DNA from: an uncultured Candidatus Poseidoniales archaeon
GTDB lineage: Archaea > Thermoplasmatota > Poseidoniia > Poseidoniales > Thalassarchaeaceae
DNA length: 64,000 nucleotides
Assembly: GCA_905182515.1 (NCBI GenBank)
Contig: CAJJBW010000001.1
Span: 146,275-210,274, forward strand
Direction: 5' to 3'
Shown here: piece by piece, positions 46,553 through 56,169 of the stretch
Position numbering within the stretch: the first letter of the stretch is position 1
Layout of the letters: the number at the start of each line of letters is the position of its first letter
Notes under the pieces: generated by a model
Database searches by the model: none
What the model was told of the DNA's origin: nothing
Seen by the model: only the letters and a program-made list of their open reading frames with translations
Translations under genes and position numbers: made by a program

Positions 46553-46615
46553 AAAAATGAGAATTTACATTAGGTAGTTTATAGTTTACTTACATTGTAC
46601 TGAGGTGAGACTTAA

Positions 46616-46701
46616 TGGTGCAGAGGACAGGATTTGAACCTGCGAAGCACTACGCACTGGGACCTCATCCCAGCCCCTTTGACCAACTCGGGTACCTCTG
46701 C
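46616..46701 (-). tRNA. tRNA-Leu (GAG), type II with long variable arm, CCA encoded
   Basis: Reverse complement GCAGAGGTACCCGAGTTGGTCAAAGGGGCTGGGATGAGGTCCCAGTGCGTAGTGCTTCGCAGGTTCAAATCCTGTCCTCTGCACCA. Acceptor GCAGAGG/CCTCTGC, anticodon stem CTGGG/CCCAG with loop ATGAGGT, and discriminator A. Confidence 0.92.
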
Positions 46702-46750
46702 TTTTAACGAACCACGTGTTACAATGTATTTCACAATGATGAATAAATTA

Positions 46751-47209
46751 TTATTGCACAGAGACTAAATCACCAGAATTTACTATACCTTTTTTTATTA
46801 TTGATGCATACCATCTTGACCAACCAGGATATGTTTTTTCTGATATTCGATTGAAGTTACCATCAGAGAAAGAATCTATTATAGTTTTACAAGGTGGTGC
46901 TACACCTGTCAATTGAATAATACATTCTCCAATATTAATTATTACTCCAGATCTAAGTAAATCCCAATCTATTCCTTGGATTGTAATATTTTCTCCCGTG
47001 CTTCCAGCAAATATCGGATTATACTCCTCTTGTAACTGACGTATCTTTTCTATAGAATATATGCAGACTGCCCTCTTAGGGCCACCATGATATTTCAAAT
47101 CATTTTGTTTATCCCCAATTACTCCTTCATAATTAATATTTATTTTTTCAACAGGATATTTAGGAACTCCGCCCAACGAATTAACATTTACAGAATGTAC
47201 TACTCCCAT
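46751..47209 (-). CDS. MOSC-domain protein
   Basis: 'KYHGGPKRAVCIYS' and a beta-barrel-sized 152 aa, typical of YiiM-like MOSC proteins. Confidence 0.75.
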   Translation of the reverse strand: MGVVHSVNVNSLGGVPKYPVEKININYEGVIGDKQNDLKYHGGPKRAVCIYSIEKIRQLQEEYNPIFAGSTGENITIQGIDWDLLRSGVIINIGECIIQLTGVAPPCKTIIDSFSDGNFNRISEKTYPGWSRWYASIIKKGIVNSGDLVSVQ

Positions 47210-47332
47210 GTCTTAGCCGTACAGGGCAAAATCAATAATATTATTGCAGAATAAGGAAATAAAATGGCTGTTTTTCTATTTTTTATCATAATTTGTCTGA
47301 ATCATCATATCCTTTGACCTATTGGAAGGAGT

Positions 47333-48700
47333 ATGGCAGAATTTGGTGACCACCCTTCTATTCCAGATAGTATCGAAAATTTATTGATTGATGATACTGT
47401 TTCTACAATATTTCTTAAAGCCGAATGCCCTACTAGGGTAAAAAGTGGCCATATTTCTTCTTTATCGCTGAAGCAGTTAGAAGATCCTCCTTGGGATAAA
47501 CCAACTTTACAGTTATTATGTGATGATTTATCTTTAGTAATAGAACAAAATGACGCTCGTTCAGACTGTTTCGTTGAAATTGAAAGAACAGGTTGTAAAA
47601 TAATGCAAATAGGAGATTTGCGAATTGCATGTGCGTGGCCACCCTTTTCAGATGCATGGGAAATTACAATCGTTAGGCCAGTAGCGTATTTACAAATTTC
47701 AGATTATGATCTAAATCCAGAATTAATGGGCAGATTAAAAGATCATCACAGAGGGGTGTTTGTAGTAGGCCGCCCCGGTTCTGGAAAGACAACTTTTGCT
47801 CAAGCAATAGCCGCGTATCTTGATTCTGAAGTAGGAGCAATGGTAAAAACAATGGAGGCCCCAAGAGATCTTCAAGTTCCACAACGAGTTACTCAATATG
47901 CACCACTGGAAGGAGATTTAGAAAAAACTGCCGAAGTAATTTTCTTGGTACGTCCTGATTTTGTTATTTTTGATGAAGTTCGTAGATCCAGAGATTTTGA
48001 AATATTTAGTGATGTGCGATTAGCGGGAGTGGGTTTACTCGGCGTAACTCATGCCAATAGTGCACTCGAAGCTATTCAAAGAATGGTTGGCAAGGTAGAA
48101 TTAGGTTTAATAGCACAGGTTCTTGATACTGTAATACATATTGAAAAAGGAAAAATAGCACAGGTTCTTGAGTTAAAAATGGTGGTTAGAGCACCTACAG
48201 GAATGGAATCAGATTTAAGCAGGCCAGTTATTGAAATTAAGGAATTTCCTTCTGGCAAAATAACTCACGAAATGTTTGCGTTTGGTTCAGAAATTGCTGT
48301 CGTACCAGTAAATATGGAGGATGGCGAGGGCGGAAGTCCTGCTATGAGGATGGCAGCTGAACAGTTAAAGAAAGAAATATCAAAGTTAACAGGAATTCCC
48401 GTATCTCACGCAAAATTTTTGACTGACGCTTCAGCTGAAATATACATTAACGAATCTAGTATCGGGGCAATGGTTGGGACTAGGGGCGAATCTATAAGAC
48501 AATTAGAGCAAGATTTGAATGTAAAGTTAAATGTAAATTCAGTTAAAGATTTACCTCGGGCGTTAAGAAAAAGAATTGAAAACTCCTCTAATAACTCCCA
48601 AGAAGACACAGATCAATGGCGCAGTAGATCTGGGAGGCAATGGGATAATAATCCTGGAAAAACTAAAAAAGGAAAAGGTAGGAAAGGAAGAAGGAACTAA
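47333..48700 (+). CDS. COG1855-type archaeal PilT-family ATPase with C-terminal KH domain and Lys/Arg/Gly-rich tail
   Basis: 'ACAWPPFSDAWEITIVRPV', Walker A 'GRPGSGKTT', 'VIFDEVR' and the KH GxxG 'VGTRGESIRQLE'. Confidence 0.7.
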   Translation: MAEFGDHPSIPDSIENLLIDDTVSTIFLKAECPTRVKSGHISSLSLKQLEDPPWDKPTLQLLCDDLSLVIEQNDARSDCFVEIERTGCKIMQIGDLRIACAWPPFSDAWEITIVRPVAYLQISDYDLNPELMGRLKDHHRGVFVVGRPGSGKTTFAQAIAAYLDSEVGAMVKTMEAPRDLQVPQRVTQYAPLEGDLEKTAEVIFLVRPDFVIFDEVRRSRDFEIFSDVRLAGVGLLGVTHANSALEAIQRMVGKVELGLIAQVLDTVIHIEKGKIAQVLELKMVVRAPTGMESDLSRPVIEIKEFPSGKITHEMFAFGSEIAVVPVNMEDGEGGSPAMRMAAEQLKKEISKLTGIPVSHAKFLTDASAEIYINESSIGAMVGTRGESIRQLEQDLNVKLNVNSVKDLPRALRKRIENSSNNSQEDTDQWRSRSGRQWDNNPGKTKKGKGRKGRRN

Positions 48701-49647
48701 ACCACCATTCTTCTATAAGCCATAAAAGTAATTATCAATATAATGATACTAATAATTCCCCCTCCATAAATTAAAGCCTCACCTTCTGAAATTCCTAAAT
48801 CATCCAATATAGTGAAGTTACTACCTAACCCATTTTCAATTACTCCTTTAATTTCTGGCGCTACAACTAGTAATACAGACTCTTCTTTCTGACAGGATTC
48901 TGCTACTAACTTTCTTTCATCCAAAATTATGAGGCAACCTCTATATTCTTCATTTAAGTTTGAAGGGGTCGTCATTTCAAATTCACAATTGGCAACTCCA
49001 CTACCACTTGATATTTGTATTGAACATTCACTACTCAAGATATTAAATCCAGAAACCCACATTCCCTCAGAGTTAGCATTTTCATCTACAAGATGTAGAT
49101 CCAAAATCATTTTCTGGTCCAAATTGCTGCTACATGAGTATGATGCTGAGAAAGTCACAATATCGCCCGCATTTACTTCAATCGAATTAACGCCATAATT
49201 CACATCACATGAGGTGTATTCTAGTAACTCCACTTCAACATTCCATTCCTCAGTATTTGTTAAGAAACCAACAGGAATTCCCACTGCAGTAGTTACTTCT
49301 GCTGTAATATTCATTTCATAAAATCCAGAGGAAATATCGCTACTTGTCTCGACAGACACCACAAAAGATTCTTCAGAGCCAGATGAAATTGAAACAGTAT
49401 TCGGGCCAGAAAATGTAAATTCTTCCGATTCATAGTTAATAGAAACATCTTCATCATAAGGTCTGTTATTTGTAAGGACACAATGAACATTTTCATTTTT
49501 ATTTAGTTGTGGATTTATTATTAGATTATCTTCAATACATTCTAGTTCAATGCCTGGTAATATTTCTTGTCCGGATACATTTGGTGTTATGACTACTAAT
49601 TGAGCCCCCAAAAAACAAAATAGAACCACTAGAACCTTACCACTCAT
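48697..49647 (-). CDS. 316-aa secreted Cys-containing protein with C-terminal TM anchor; hypothetical
   Basis: Signal peptide 'VLVVLFCFLGAQLVVITPNVSG' and C-terminal 'GGGIISIIILIITFMAYRR'. Confidence 0.6.
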   Translation of the reverse strand: MSGKVLVVLFCFLGAQLVVITPNVSGQEILPGIELECIEDNLIINPQLNKNENVHCVLTNNRPYDEDVSINYESEEFTFSGPNTVSISSGSEESFVVSVETSSDISSGFYEMNITAEVTTAVGIPVGFLTNTEEWNVEVELLEYTSCDVNYGVNSIEVNAGDIVTFSASYSCSSNLDQKMILDLHLVDENANSEGMWVSGFNILSSECSIQISSGSGVANCEFEMTTPSNLNEEYRGCLIILDERKLVAESCQKEESVLLVVAPEIKGVIENGLGSNFTILDDLGISEGEALIYGGGIISIIILIITFMAYRRMVV

Positions 49648-49795
49648 ATTAATTGAATTTAAGTATATGACATAGGCTTTCCTATTATTTGATTATTTTA
49701 TCTCATTAACTGTTTGATTTATACTATAAATTCCATTCAATATCTAATTTTATGTTTCAAAGCATTCATCACGACCTTTCTTTTCGAGGCCAGTA

Positions 49796-51367
49796 ATGAG
49801 CGACGGCGAGGGTAAGCCAAAGGTTGTGATTGTCCGTGAACAAACAAACATAACAAGTGGTACCGATGTACAAGAAAAACTAATCTTAGCAGCCCGTGTA
49901 TTTTCTGATTTGCTAAAACCAACACTAGGTCCTAGGGGTTTAGATAAAATGTTATACAAAACAGATGGAACTACGGCTGTAACTAATGATGGGGCAAAAA
50001 TAGTTGCAGAACTTTTAGTCAAACATCCTGCTGCAAAGATGATGGTTTCAATGGGAAATGTACAAGAAGAGACCTGCGGAGATGGAGTTACTACGACTAT
50101 GTTACTTTGTGGCTCTATGTTAATAGAGGCTAATACTTTACTAAAAAAAGGACTCCATCCTCTAACTCTCGTTGATGGTTATAAAATGGCTTTGGAAGCA
50201 GCTAAATTACAGATAAAGAAGGATATAAAAGAAGTAAATGATAAATATCTTCTTTCAACAGCCATGACTGCTTTGAGAGGCAAAGGTGCCGAAACAGCAC
50301 TCAACGTTTTCTCACCAATAATTGTTGAATCCCTATCAATACTTTCTAAAAATAGGAAAAATCCGGGCGCAGAGCATGTTTTAATGTTCAAGAGCGGCCT
50401 AGGTTCATTACAAGATTCACGCCTCCTCAAAGGAGTAATAATAAATCGAAGGGTATTAATGGACAACTTACCTAATAATTTAATCAATCCTAAAATTGCA
50501 GTATTGGATTCTGATTTAAAAATTCGTACTCTTACTAGGTCTGTAGAAATTAAAATTACTAGCGCAAATCAATTGGATTCATTCGTAGACGCGGAACAAG
50601 ATCGAAAGGACTCTATTGCAAATGCAATAATTCAAAGTGGTGCTAATGCTATCTTTTGCTCTGGAGAAATAGATCGTGAGATTTTACATCAACTATGTGA
50701 TAATTCCATACTTACAATAGGGGAATTAGACTCTTCTGAAATAGAAAATATTGCTTCAGCAGTTGGGGCCAAGATAGTAGATTCAATGCTTGACATAAAC
50801 TCAACAGATTTAGGAGGTTGTACCTCTATAGGGTGGGAAAGACGTGAAAATACCGATCAAGTAGAAGATATAATCACTATAGATGGTTGCTCTAACCCTC
50901 AAATCGTTACAATAGAAGTTGGAGGCTCCGGAGGTATAGGAACAGACGAAATAATAAGGGGTCTACATGACTCCTTGCGTGCTACTTCAATAGCAATATC
51001 GGATAATGAACTACTTCCTGGAGCAGGTGCCATTCATTCTAGAATGGCTAATGCAGTTAGAAAAGCATCTGAGACAGAACCCGGAAGGGCCAGACTTGCA
51101 ATGGAGGCCTATGCAAGAGCACTAGAAACAATACCTGCTACTTTGGTGGAAAATGCCGGCGGCGACTCATTAGATAGAATACTAGAATTAAGGGCAACAT
51201 CAAGAGATAGTGACGCGCCTATAGGTATAACGCCAGATGGTTTTGTATCTATAATTGATGATGTTTGGCACCCTCGTTTAATTATAGAAGCTGCATTAGA
51301 ATCAGCAACAGAAACTGCAATGAGTATGTTACGAATAGATCAAGTAATATCCGCAAGAGGCGACTAA
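49796..51367 (+). CDS. ths: Thermosome subunit (group II chaperonin)
   Basis: 'TLGPRGLDKML', 'VTNDGAKI', 'GDGVTT' and 'PGAGA'. Confidence 0.93.
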   Translation: MSDGEGKPKVVIVREQTNITSGTDVQEKLILAARVFSDLLKPTLGPRGLDKMLYKTDGTTAVTNDGAKIVAELLVKHPAAKMMVSMGNVQEETCGDGVTTTMLLCGSMLIEANTLLKKGLHPLTLVDGYKMALEAAKLQIKKDIKEVNDKYLLSTAMTALRGKGAETALNVFSPIIVESLSILSKNRKNPGAEHVLMFKSGLGSLQDSRLLKGVIINRRVLMDNLPNNLINPKIAVLDSDLKIRTLTRSVEIKITSANQLDSFVDAEQDRKDSIANAIIQSGANAIFCSGEIDREILHQLCDNSILTIGELDSSEIENIASAVGAKIVDSMLDINSTDLGGCTSIGWERRENTDQVEDIITIDGCSNPQIVTIEVGGSGGIGTDEIIRGLHDSLRATSIAISDNELLPGAGAIHSRMANAVRKASETEPGRARLAMEAYARALETIPATLVENAGGDSLDRILELRATSRDSDAPIGITPDGFVSIIDDVWHPRLIIEAALESATETAMSMLRIDQVISARGD

Positions 51368-51412
51368 GAAATATTGTCGAACCATTGAAGGACTTAGTAG
51401 AAATGCGAGAGC

Positions 51413-53005
51413 ATGGATAGTCCACGTGCACTCATCAGTGTTTGGGAAAAAGAAGGAATAGTTGATTTTGCAACAAAGCTTTCAGAAATGGGTTGGACAA
51501 TACTTTCCACCGGCGGAACTTCTAAGAAATTACGAGAATATGGATTAGAAGTTAATGATATTTCAGAAATAACGCAACATCCTGAAATTTTAGATGGGCG
51601 AGTAAAAACTCTTCATCCTGCAGTACATGGAGGAATTCTTGCCAGAAGAAGTCATGATAAAGATATGAAAACCTTAGTTGATTTAAAATATGGTACTATA
51701 GATTTAGTATGCGTTAATTTGTATCCTTTTGAAAATGTTGCTGCACAAAAACCACCTGTTTCAGATATTGAGTTAATTGAAATGATTGATATCGGGGGTC
51801 CCACAATGATTCGTTCAGCAGCTAAAAACCATAAAGATGTAATTATCACAACAAAGAAAGAACAATATTATTCTATAATAAATGAACTCTCTAAATCAAA
51901 TGGCCAATCTTCAGGAATAAATATTCAAATGAGGAAACAATTAGCATTGGAAGCATTCCAATCTACTGCAGCATACGATACTGTTGTAAGTAATGAATTA
52001 GAATCTAGATTTAACAATCCTGAAATACCAAGTAAAATTCAAATTACATCAGAAGTAGGTATTCAACTTAGATATGGCGAAAATCCTCACCAACCCGCAT
52101 CTTTCTATCCCAACTCTGATACTAGTAAACCATCAGGTTTAGCTGCTGCTTTACAACATGGGGGAAAGGCATTATCATTCAATAATTACCTTGACTTAGA
52201 TGGGGCATTACGTATTACACGTGGTTTGTTAATTGACATGGATAATACCTATCATCATGGATGTGTAATAATTAAACACACTAATCCATGTGGAGTTGCT
52301 TTAGATGAAAGCCAACCTTCAGCATGGGAAAATGCCTTGGCCAGTGATCCAGAAAGTGCTTTTGGTTGTGTAATAGCTTTCACATCTACAGTTACTAAGG
52401 AAACTGCAGAAAAAATTGGTAACCACTTCTTTGAATGTATAATAGCCCCCGGATATGAAAAAGAAGCATTGGATATATTATCTTCCAAGAAGAACAGGAG
52501 AATGTTAACCTTGGAAGATTTATCAGATAGAAAAGATGAATTAAGAATCAGACAAATTGATGGCGGATGGGTTGGACAGATACAAGGCCCGCCCAATATT
52601 AATTGGTCTGCCATTCAATGTGTAACAAAAAGAACTATTGATTCTAGTGAAATTATATTGGCTAAATTCGGTTGTACAGTTCTTTCAGAAGTTAAATCAA
52701 ATTCAGTAGCATTGATTTCAAAAACCGATACTGGATTAGCTACTGTAGGGATAGGCCCAGGGCAAACAAGTAGGGTTGAAGCTGTGCATATCGCAGCCCG
52801 AAGAGCAGGTGAAAGAGCTGCTGGATCAATGATGATATCTGATGCCTTTTTCCCCTTTAGAGATGGAATAGAAGCCGCTCACAGGATTGGTGTAAAATCC
52901 ATAATACAACCAGGAGGGTCCATCCGTGATCAAGAAGTCATTGATGCTGCAAATGAATACCATATGTCTATGCTTTTTACTAATAAAAGACTTTTTTTAC
53001 ATTAA
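51413..53005 (+). CDS. purH: Bifunctional AICAR transformylase / IMP cyclohydrolase
   Basis: 'ALISVWEKEG', 'STGGT', 'LDGRVKTLHPAVHGGILARR' and 'QPGGSIRD'. Confidence 0.93.
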   Translation: MDSPRALISVWEKEGIVDFATKLSEMGWTILSTGGTSKKLREYGLEVNDISEITQHPEILDGRVKTLHPAVHGGILARRSHDKDMKTLVDLKYGTIDLVCVNLYPFENVAAQKPPVSDIELIEMIDIGGPTMIRSAAKNHKDVIITTKKEQYYSIINELSKSNGQSSGINIQMRKQLALEAFQSTAAYDTVVSNELESRFNNPEIPSKIQITSEVGIQLRYGENPHQPASFYPNSDTSKPSGLAAALQHGGKALSFNNYLDLDGALRITRGLLIDMDNTYHHGCVIIKHTNPCGVALDESQPSAWENALASDPESAFGCVIAFTSTVTKETAEKIGNHFFECIIAPGYEKEALDILSSKKNRRMLTLEDLSDRKDELRIRQIDGGWVGQIQGPPNINWSAIQCVTKRTIDSSEIILAKFGCTVLSEVKSNSVALISKTDTGLATVGIGPGQTSRVEAVHIAARRAGERAAGSMMISDAFFPFRDGIEAAHRIGVKSIIQPGGSIRDQEVIDAANEYHMSMLFTNKRLFLH

Positions 53006-53007
53006 AA

Positions 53008-53517
53008 TCATTCATTTCTACTAGATACCTTGAAAATAATGTACCATATACCTATCAATCCTACTATTATTATTGTTATGGCGCCGTATCCCGGATCTGC
53101 GCCATCCCATGAGGATAGATCAAATAATTCTCCATCTCCTTTTGTAGAAACATACCAAACAAAATATGCCGATAAACAACTCATTAAACCTATTAATGAA
53201 ATTATTCCATATTTGGCGTGTTTTGGAATAGTTTTTCCAGTTGCATAGTATTCAAATATAGTAGATCCAAAATAGTCATTCGACAAAGTCCAGCGAAATA
53301 ATTTCTCATTTGAAAGAGAAAATAAGAAAGCCGCTGGAACAGCCCATGAGATGGTTGGCCATCCTGGGATGAAAATACCTATTATTGCAAATGAAACAAA
53401 TATAATACCCAATAAAGTGTATATAGTGCTTTTAATCGAGCTGCTTGCAACAGAGTATTTTGTAATAATCTGCTCGATTGAATCAAGCCTTTCCATTAGT
53501 TCACCACACTCTCGCAA
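53008..53517 (-). CDS. DUF454/YbaN-like small inner-membrane protein
   Basis: 'IGIFIPGWPTISWAVPAAFLFS...' pattern and 3-4 TM segments. Confidence 0.4.
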   Translation of the reverse strand: MRECGELMERLDSIEQIITKYSVASSSIKSTIYTLLGIIFVSFAIIGIFIPGWPTISWAVPAAFLFSLSNEKLFRWTLSNDYFGSTIFEYYATGKTIPKHAKYGIISLIGLMSCLSAYFVWYVSTKGDGELFDLSSWDGADPGYGAITIIIVGLIGIWYIIFKVSSRNE

Positions 53518-53562
53518 GAGATACCATTTTTAAGTTCCAGTAGCCACTCTTCTCTGTATATT

Positions 53563-54249
53563 ATGTATTTTATTACGAAACCTCAAACCATAAAGATACC
53601 TGAGAAGTTCGTGGAGAGAGATTATGTGCTTCCCCGAATAGCCTCTGTTCAAAACCCATTAAGGGTTGCAGTTTTTATTTCAGGAAGCGGTTCAGGGCTA
53701 AATGCAATGTTAGAATATCAAAAAACCCCAAGAGCATATTTGATAAGTTTAATTTTATCTGATAATGAGGATGCACTAGGTCTTAACTATGGATCAAAAT
53801 ATGGTGTAAAAGCAACAGCAATACCATTACCCCACACTCAAGATAAAATCCACCAACGGTTGAGTCATGAAGCAATGATCGATGAAGAATTAGTTAATTC
53901 AAATATTGAACTTATCGTACTGAATGGCTACATGAGAATTATTACTCCGTTATTTATTAATAAATGGAAAGGCCGAATTATTAATATTCACCCTTCCTTA
54001 CTTCCAAAATTTCCAGGTATATACGCTCATAGAGATGCAATTAATGCCAAAACTAATGAAAGTGGTTGTACTGTTCATTTAGTGGACGATGGTATTGATA
54101 CGGGCCATATTTTAGCCCAGAAAAAAGTTTCTGTCTCTCCTAATGAAACAATAAAAACACTTCAAGAAAAAATTAAAAAAATTGAACACCAGTTGTATCC
54201 AGAGATTATTAATCTTTTATCTACGGGGCAATATCATTCTAAATCATGA
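53563..54249 (+). CDS. purN: Phosphoribosylglycinamide formyltransferase
   Basis: 'VFISGSGSGLNAML', 'NIHPSLLPKFPG' and 'GCTVHLVDDGIDTGHIL'. Confidence 0.9.
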   Translation: MYFITKPQTIKIPEKFVERDYVLPRIASVQNPLRVAVFISGSGSGLNAMLEYQKTPRAYLISLILSDNEDALGLNYGSKYGVKATAIPLPHTQDKIHQRLSHEAMIDEELVNSNIELIVLNGYMRIITPLFINKWKGRIINIHPSLLPKFPGIYAHRDAINAKTNESGCTVHLVDDGIDTGHILAQKKVSVSPNETIKTLQEKIKKIEHQLYPEIINLLSTGQYHSKS

Positions 54250-54797
54250 GGATAATTTATATTCTTTAAAATAGCTTTATTTTCAAAATATAATGAATGT
54301 TTTAATTCTGAAAATTGAATCCGCAAAGGTCTATTATTTCCATCCGATACTTTCCTCAAGATATTCTTAGGTCTAATGAGGGCCAATAGTGGATGAATAT
54401 TTTTTCCATCAGTAGGCATTATTAAATCATCTCCACTTTTAATTGAATTTCTTAATTCGATAAAAAATTCTTCTGTTACCCAAGGTACATCAACAGTAGC
54501 CAGTTGAATGAAATCTTCATTTCCAGCAAATTTCTCAAGATTTTCAATAATGGATTCAATAGGTCCAGCAAATTTTTCTTTATCTACGGACCATTCTATT
54601 TCAATTGAAGAATCTATTACTTGGCTATATGAGTCAATCAAGTCCAAATTGGATATGGATATTGTTATTGGTACTCTACCGGCTTTATTTAAGGCATTAA
54701 TCACTCTTGAAATACATGCTTCACCATCTATTTCAATTAATGCTTTATCCATATTCATTCTTGATGACTTACCACCTGCTAGAAGTAAAGATCTCAA
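54234..54797 (-). CDS. MobA-like NTP transferase (molybdenum cofactor guanylyltransferase family)
   Basis: 'LLAGGKSSRMNMDKALIEIDG'; 187 aa. Its 3' end overlaps purN convergently by 16 nt. Confidence 0.65.
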   Translation of the reverse strand: MRSLLLAGGKSSRMNMDKALIEIDGEACISRVINALNKAGRVPITISISNLDLIDSYSQVIDSSIEIEWSVDKEKFAGPIESIIENLEKFAGNEDFIQLATVDVPWVTEEFFIELRNSIKSGDDLIMPTDGKNIHPLLALIRPKNILRKVSDGNNRPLRIQFSELKHSLYFENKAILKNINYPHDLE

Positions 54798-54801
54798 CTA
54801 A

Positions 54802-55011
54802 TCACCTTAATTCATCAAGTCTTTGTAAAGCGAATTGAGTTTCATCCATTAGTTCCAATGCTCTTTTAAGAAAAATTTGCTGTTCTTTTCTACCTGTAGA
54901 TTCTCTCAACCATCTCATTAATTGCGCGATATCATTTGAATTTTGTTTGATAGTCCATTCTAGAACCTGTTCAGAAATAGGATTATCTGAGGGCAATAGT
55001 CGACTGCTCAC
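54802..55011 (-). CDS. 69-aa helical hypothetical protein
   Basis: ORF only. It sits between two same-strand genes with gaps of 4 and 25 nt. Confidence 0.4.
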   Translation of the reverse strand: MSSRLLPSDNPISEQVLEWTIKQNSNDIAQLMRWLRESTGRKEQQIFLKRALELMDETQFALQRLDELR

Positions 55012-55036
55012 ACATATCCGAGAGAGTACTTACCAA

Positions 55037-55693
55037 TCAGTTCTGCGGCTTTGCAGCAATAATTTTGTCCATAATCCGTGTAATTACAGAGTCACTTTCA
55101 GGTAAATTAATTTTGTTAAGGACATCAACCATATTTGCACTAGGCATTATTTTCCTAATCATCCCTGCATAAGTTGTTAGTATTGCCAAATGCCCATCAA
55201 CAAGTCTTTTTTTAGACCATTCTTCACGTATCTGTTCACTTGGGATTTTACGTCCAGAACGTAATAATTCTTCAATTGTTAATAGTAATCCATCAATTGG
55301 TTCTTGCTTCCTCAAAGACAATTTTAATATCTCCCATGGATTTGTTCGTAACATAGAATGATCTATGTTTGATAATATTATTGCAGAAAGTGCAACATCC
55401 TCTCTCCCATGCCTCTTCCATAGTCTTCTATTTAATTTTAATAATAAATTATGCTTTCCATTATTTTTGGTTATTAACCATGATGCTAATCGTCTAAGTA
55501 AACCATCTGGAGTACCTAGGTGAAAAGAATAGCCAGCAGAAGCACCTAACCTATCTGTACTCGACTTCATTATTAATGCGGGTATGCCTATTGGATATGC
55601 TTCACGAACAACCTTTGCTAGTTTTCTTGAAGAGTAATGGACACTATCATCCTGATTACCTAAGTATTCATCTAATAGAGAAAATTCTTTCAT
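55037..55693 (-). CDS. HEAT-like repeat protein, possibly of the AlkD-like 'DNA alkylation repair' family
   Basis: 'FHLGTPDGLLRRLASWL' and 'LWKRHGREDVALSAIIL' loosely resemble AlkD-family helices. Weak call. Confidence 0.35.
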   Translation of the reverse strand: MKEFSLLDEYLGNQDDSVHYSSRKLAKVVREAYPIGIPALIMKSSTDRLGASAGYSFHLGTPDGLLRRLASWLITKNNGKHNLLLKLNRRLWKRHGREDVALSAIILSNIDHSMLRTNPWEILKLSLRKQEPIDGLLLTIEELLRSGRKIPSEQIREEWSKKRLVDGHLAILTTYAGMIRKIMPSANMVDVLNKINLPESDSVITRIMDKIIAAKPQN

Positions 55694-56169
55694 TTACGCT
55701 CATCTTTCCTAATAAGAATATTATCAAAAATATCTCCCATACGGTCTATTGAATCATATAGTCTAATTCTAAACTCATCCTTTATAGTTCTATGAATTAC
55801 TTCTTCTAATTGCCTATCCATACTTCTAGTAATTGCTCTATGTTCGGAATCATCTATTGAAAATATCTTTCTGAGATATGCAATTTGCATTAATTCATCG
55901 TCAGATCTATCTGTATGAATTAACATAGCTTCCAAAACTTGCCCATAAATTCTTCTTTGCTCTTCTTCATTTAGAGACTTACCTGGTTTTAAGGGATTAT
56001 TTTCTACAATTGAATCATAAATCATTTTTGGTTCATCATCATCCAATTTTAAGGAATATGCTAATTTCATAAGTAACCTTTTCTCACCATTACTTAATTG
56101 TCCATCTCGCAATGCCAAAGAAGCGGCTCCTCTAAAAACAGCCCTTCTGTCAAAAACTGATTCATCCAT
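55690..56169 (-). CDS. TerB-like (tellurite-resistance TerB fold) protein
   Basis: 'ASLALRDGQLSNGEKRLLMKLAYSLKLDDDE' fits the TerB D-G-x-x-x-x-E helix pair. Its stop overlaps the next start by 4 nt. Confidence 0.4.
   Translation of the reverse strand: MDESVFDRRAVFRGAASLALRDGQLSNGEKRLLMKLAYSLKLDDDEPKMIYDSIVENNPLKPGKSLNEEEQRRIYGQVLEAMLIHTDRSDDELMQIAYLRKIFSIDDSEHRAITRSMDRQLEEVIHRTIKDEFRIRLYDSIDRMGDIFDNILIRKDERK

Noticed and set aside
35169-46701. Classical integrative mobile element or prophage bounded by the two tRNA genes
   Set aside because: There is no integrase, recombinase, transposase or phage-like gene, and I found no tRNA 3'-end direct repeat. Only the weaker 'flexible surface island' hypothesis is retained in the findings.
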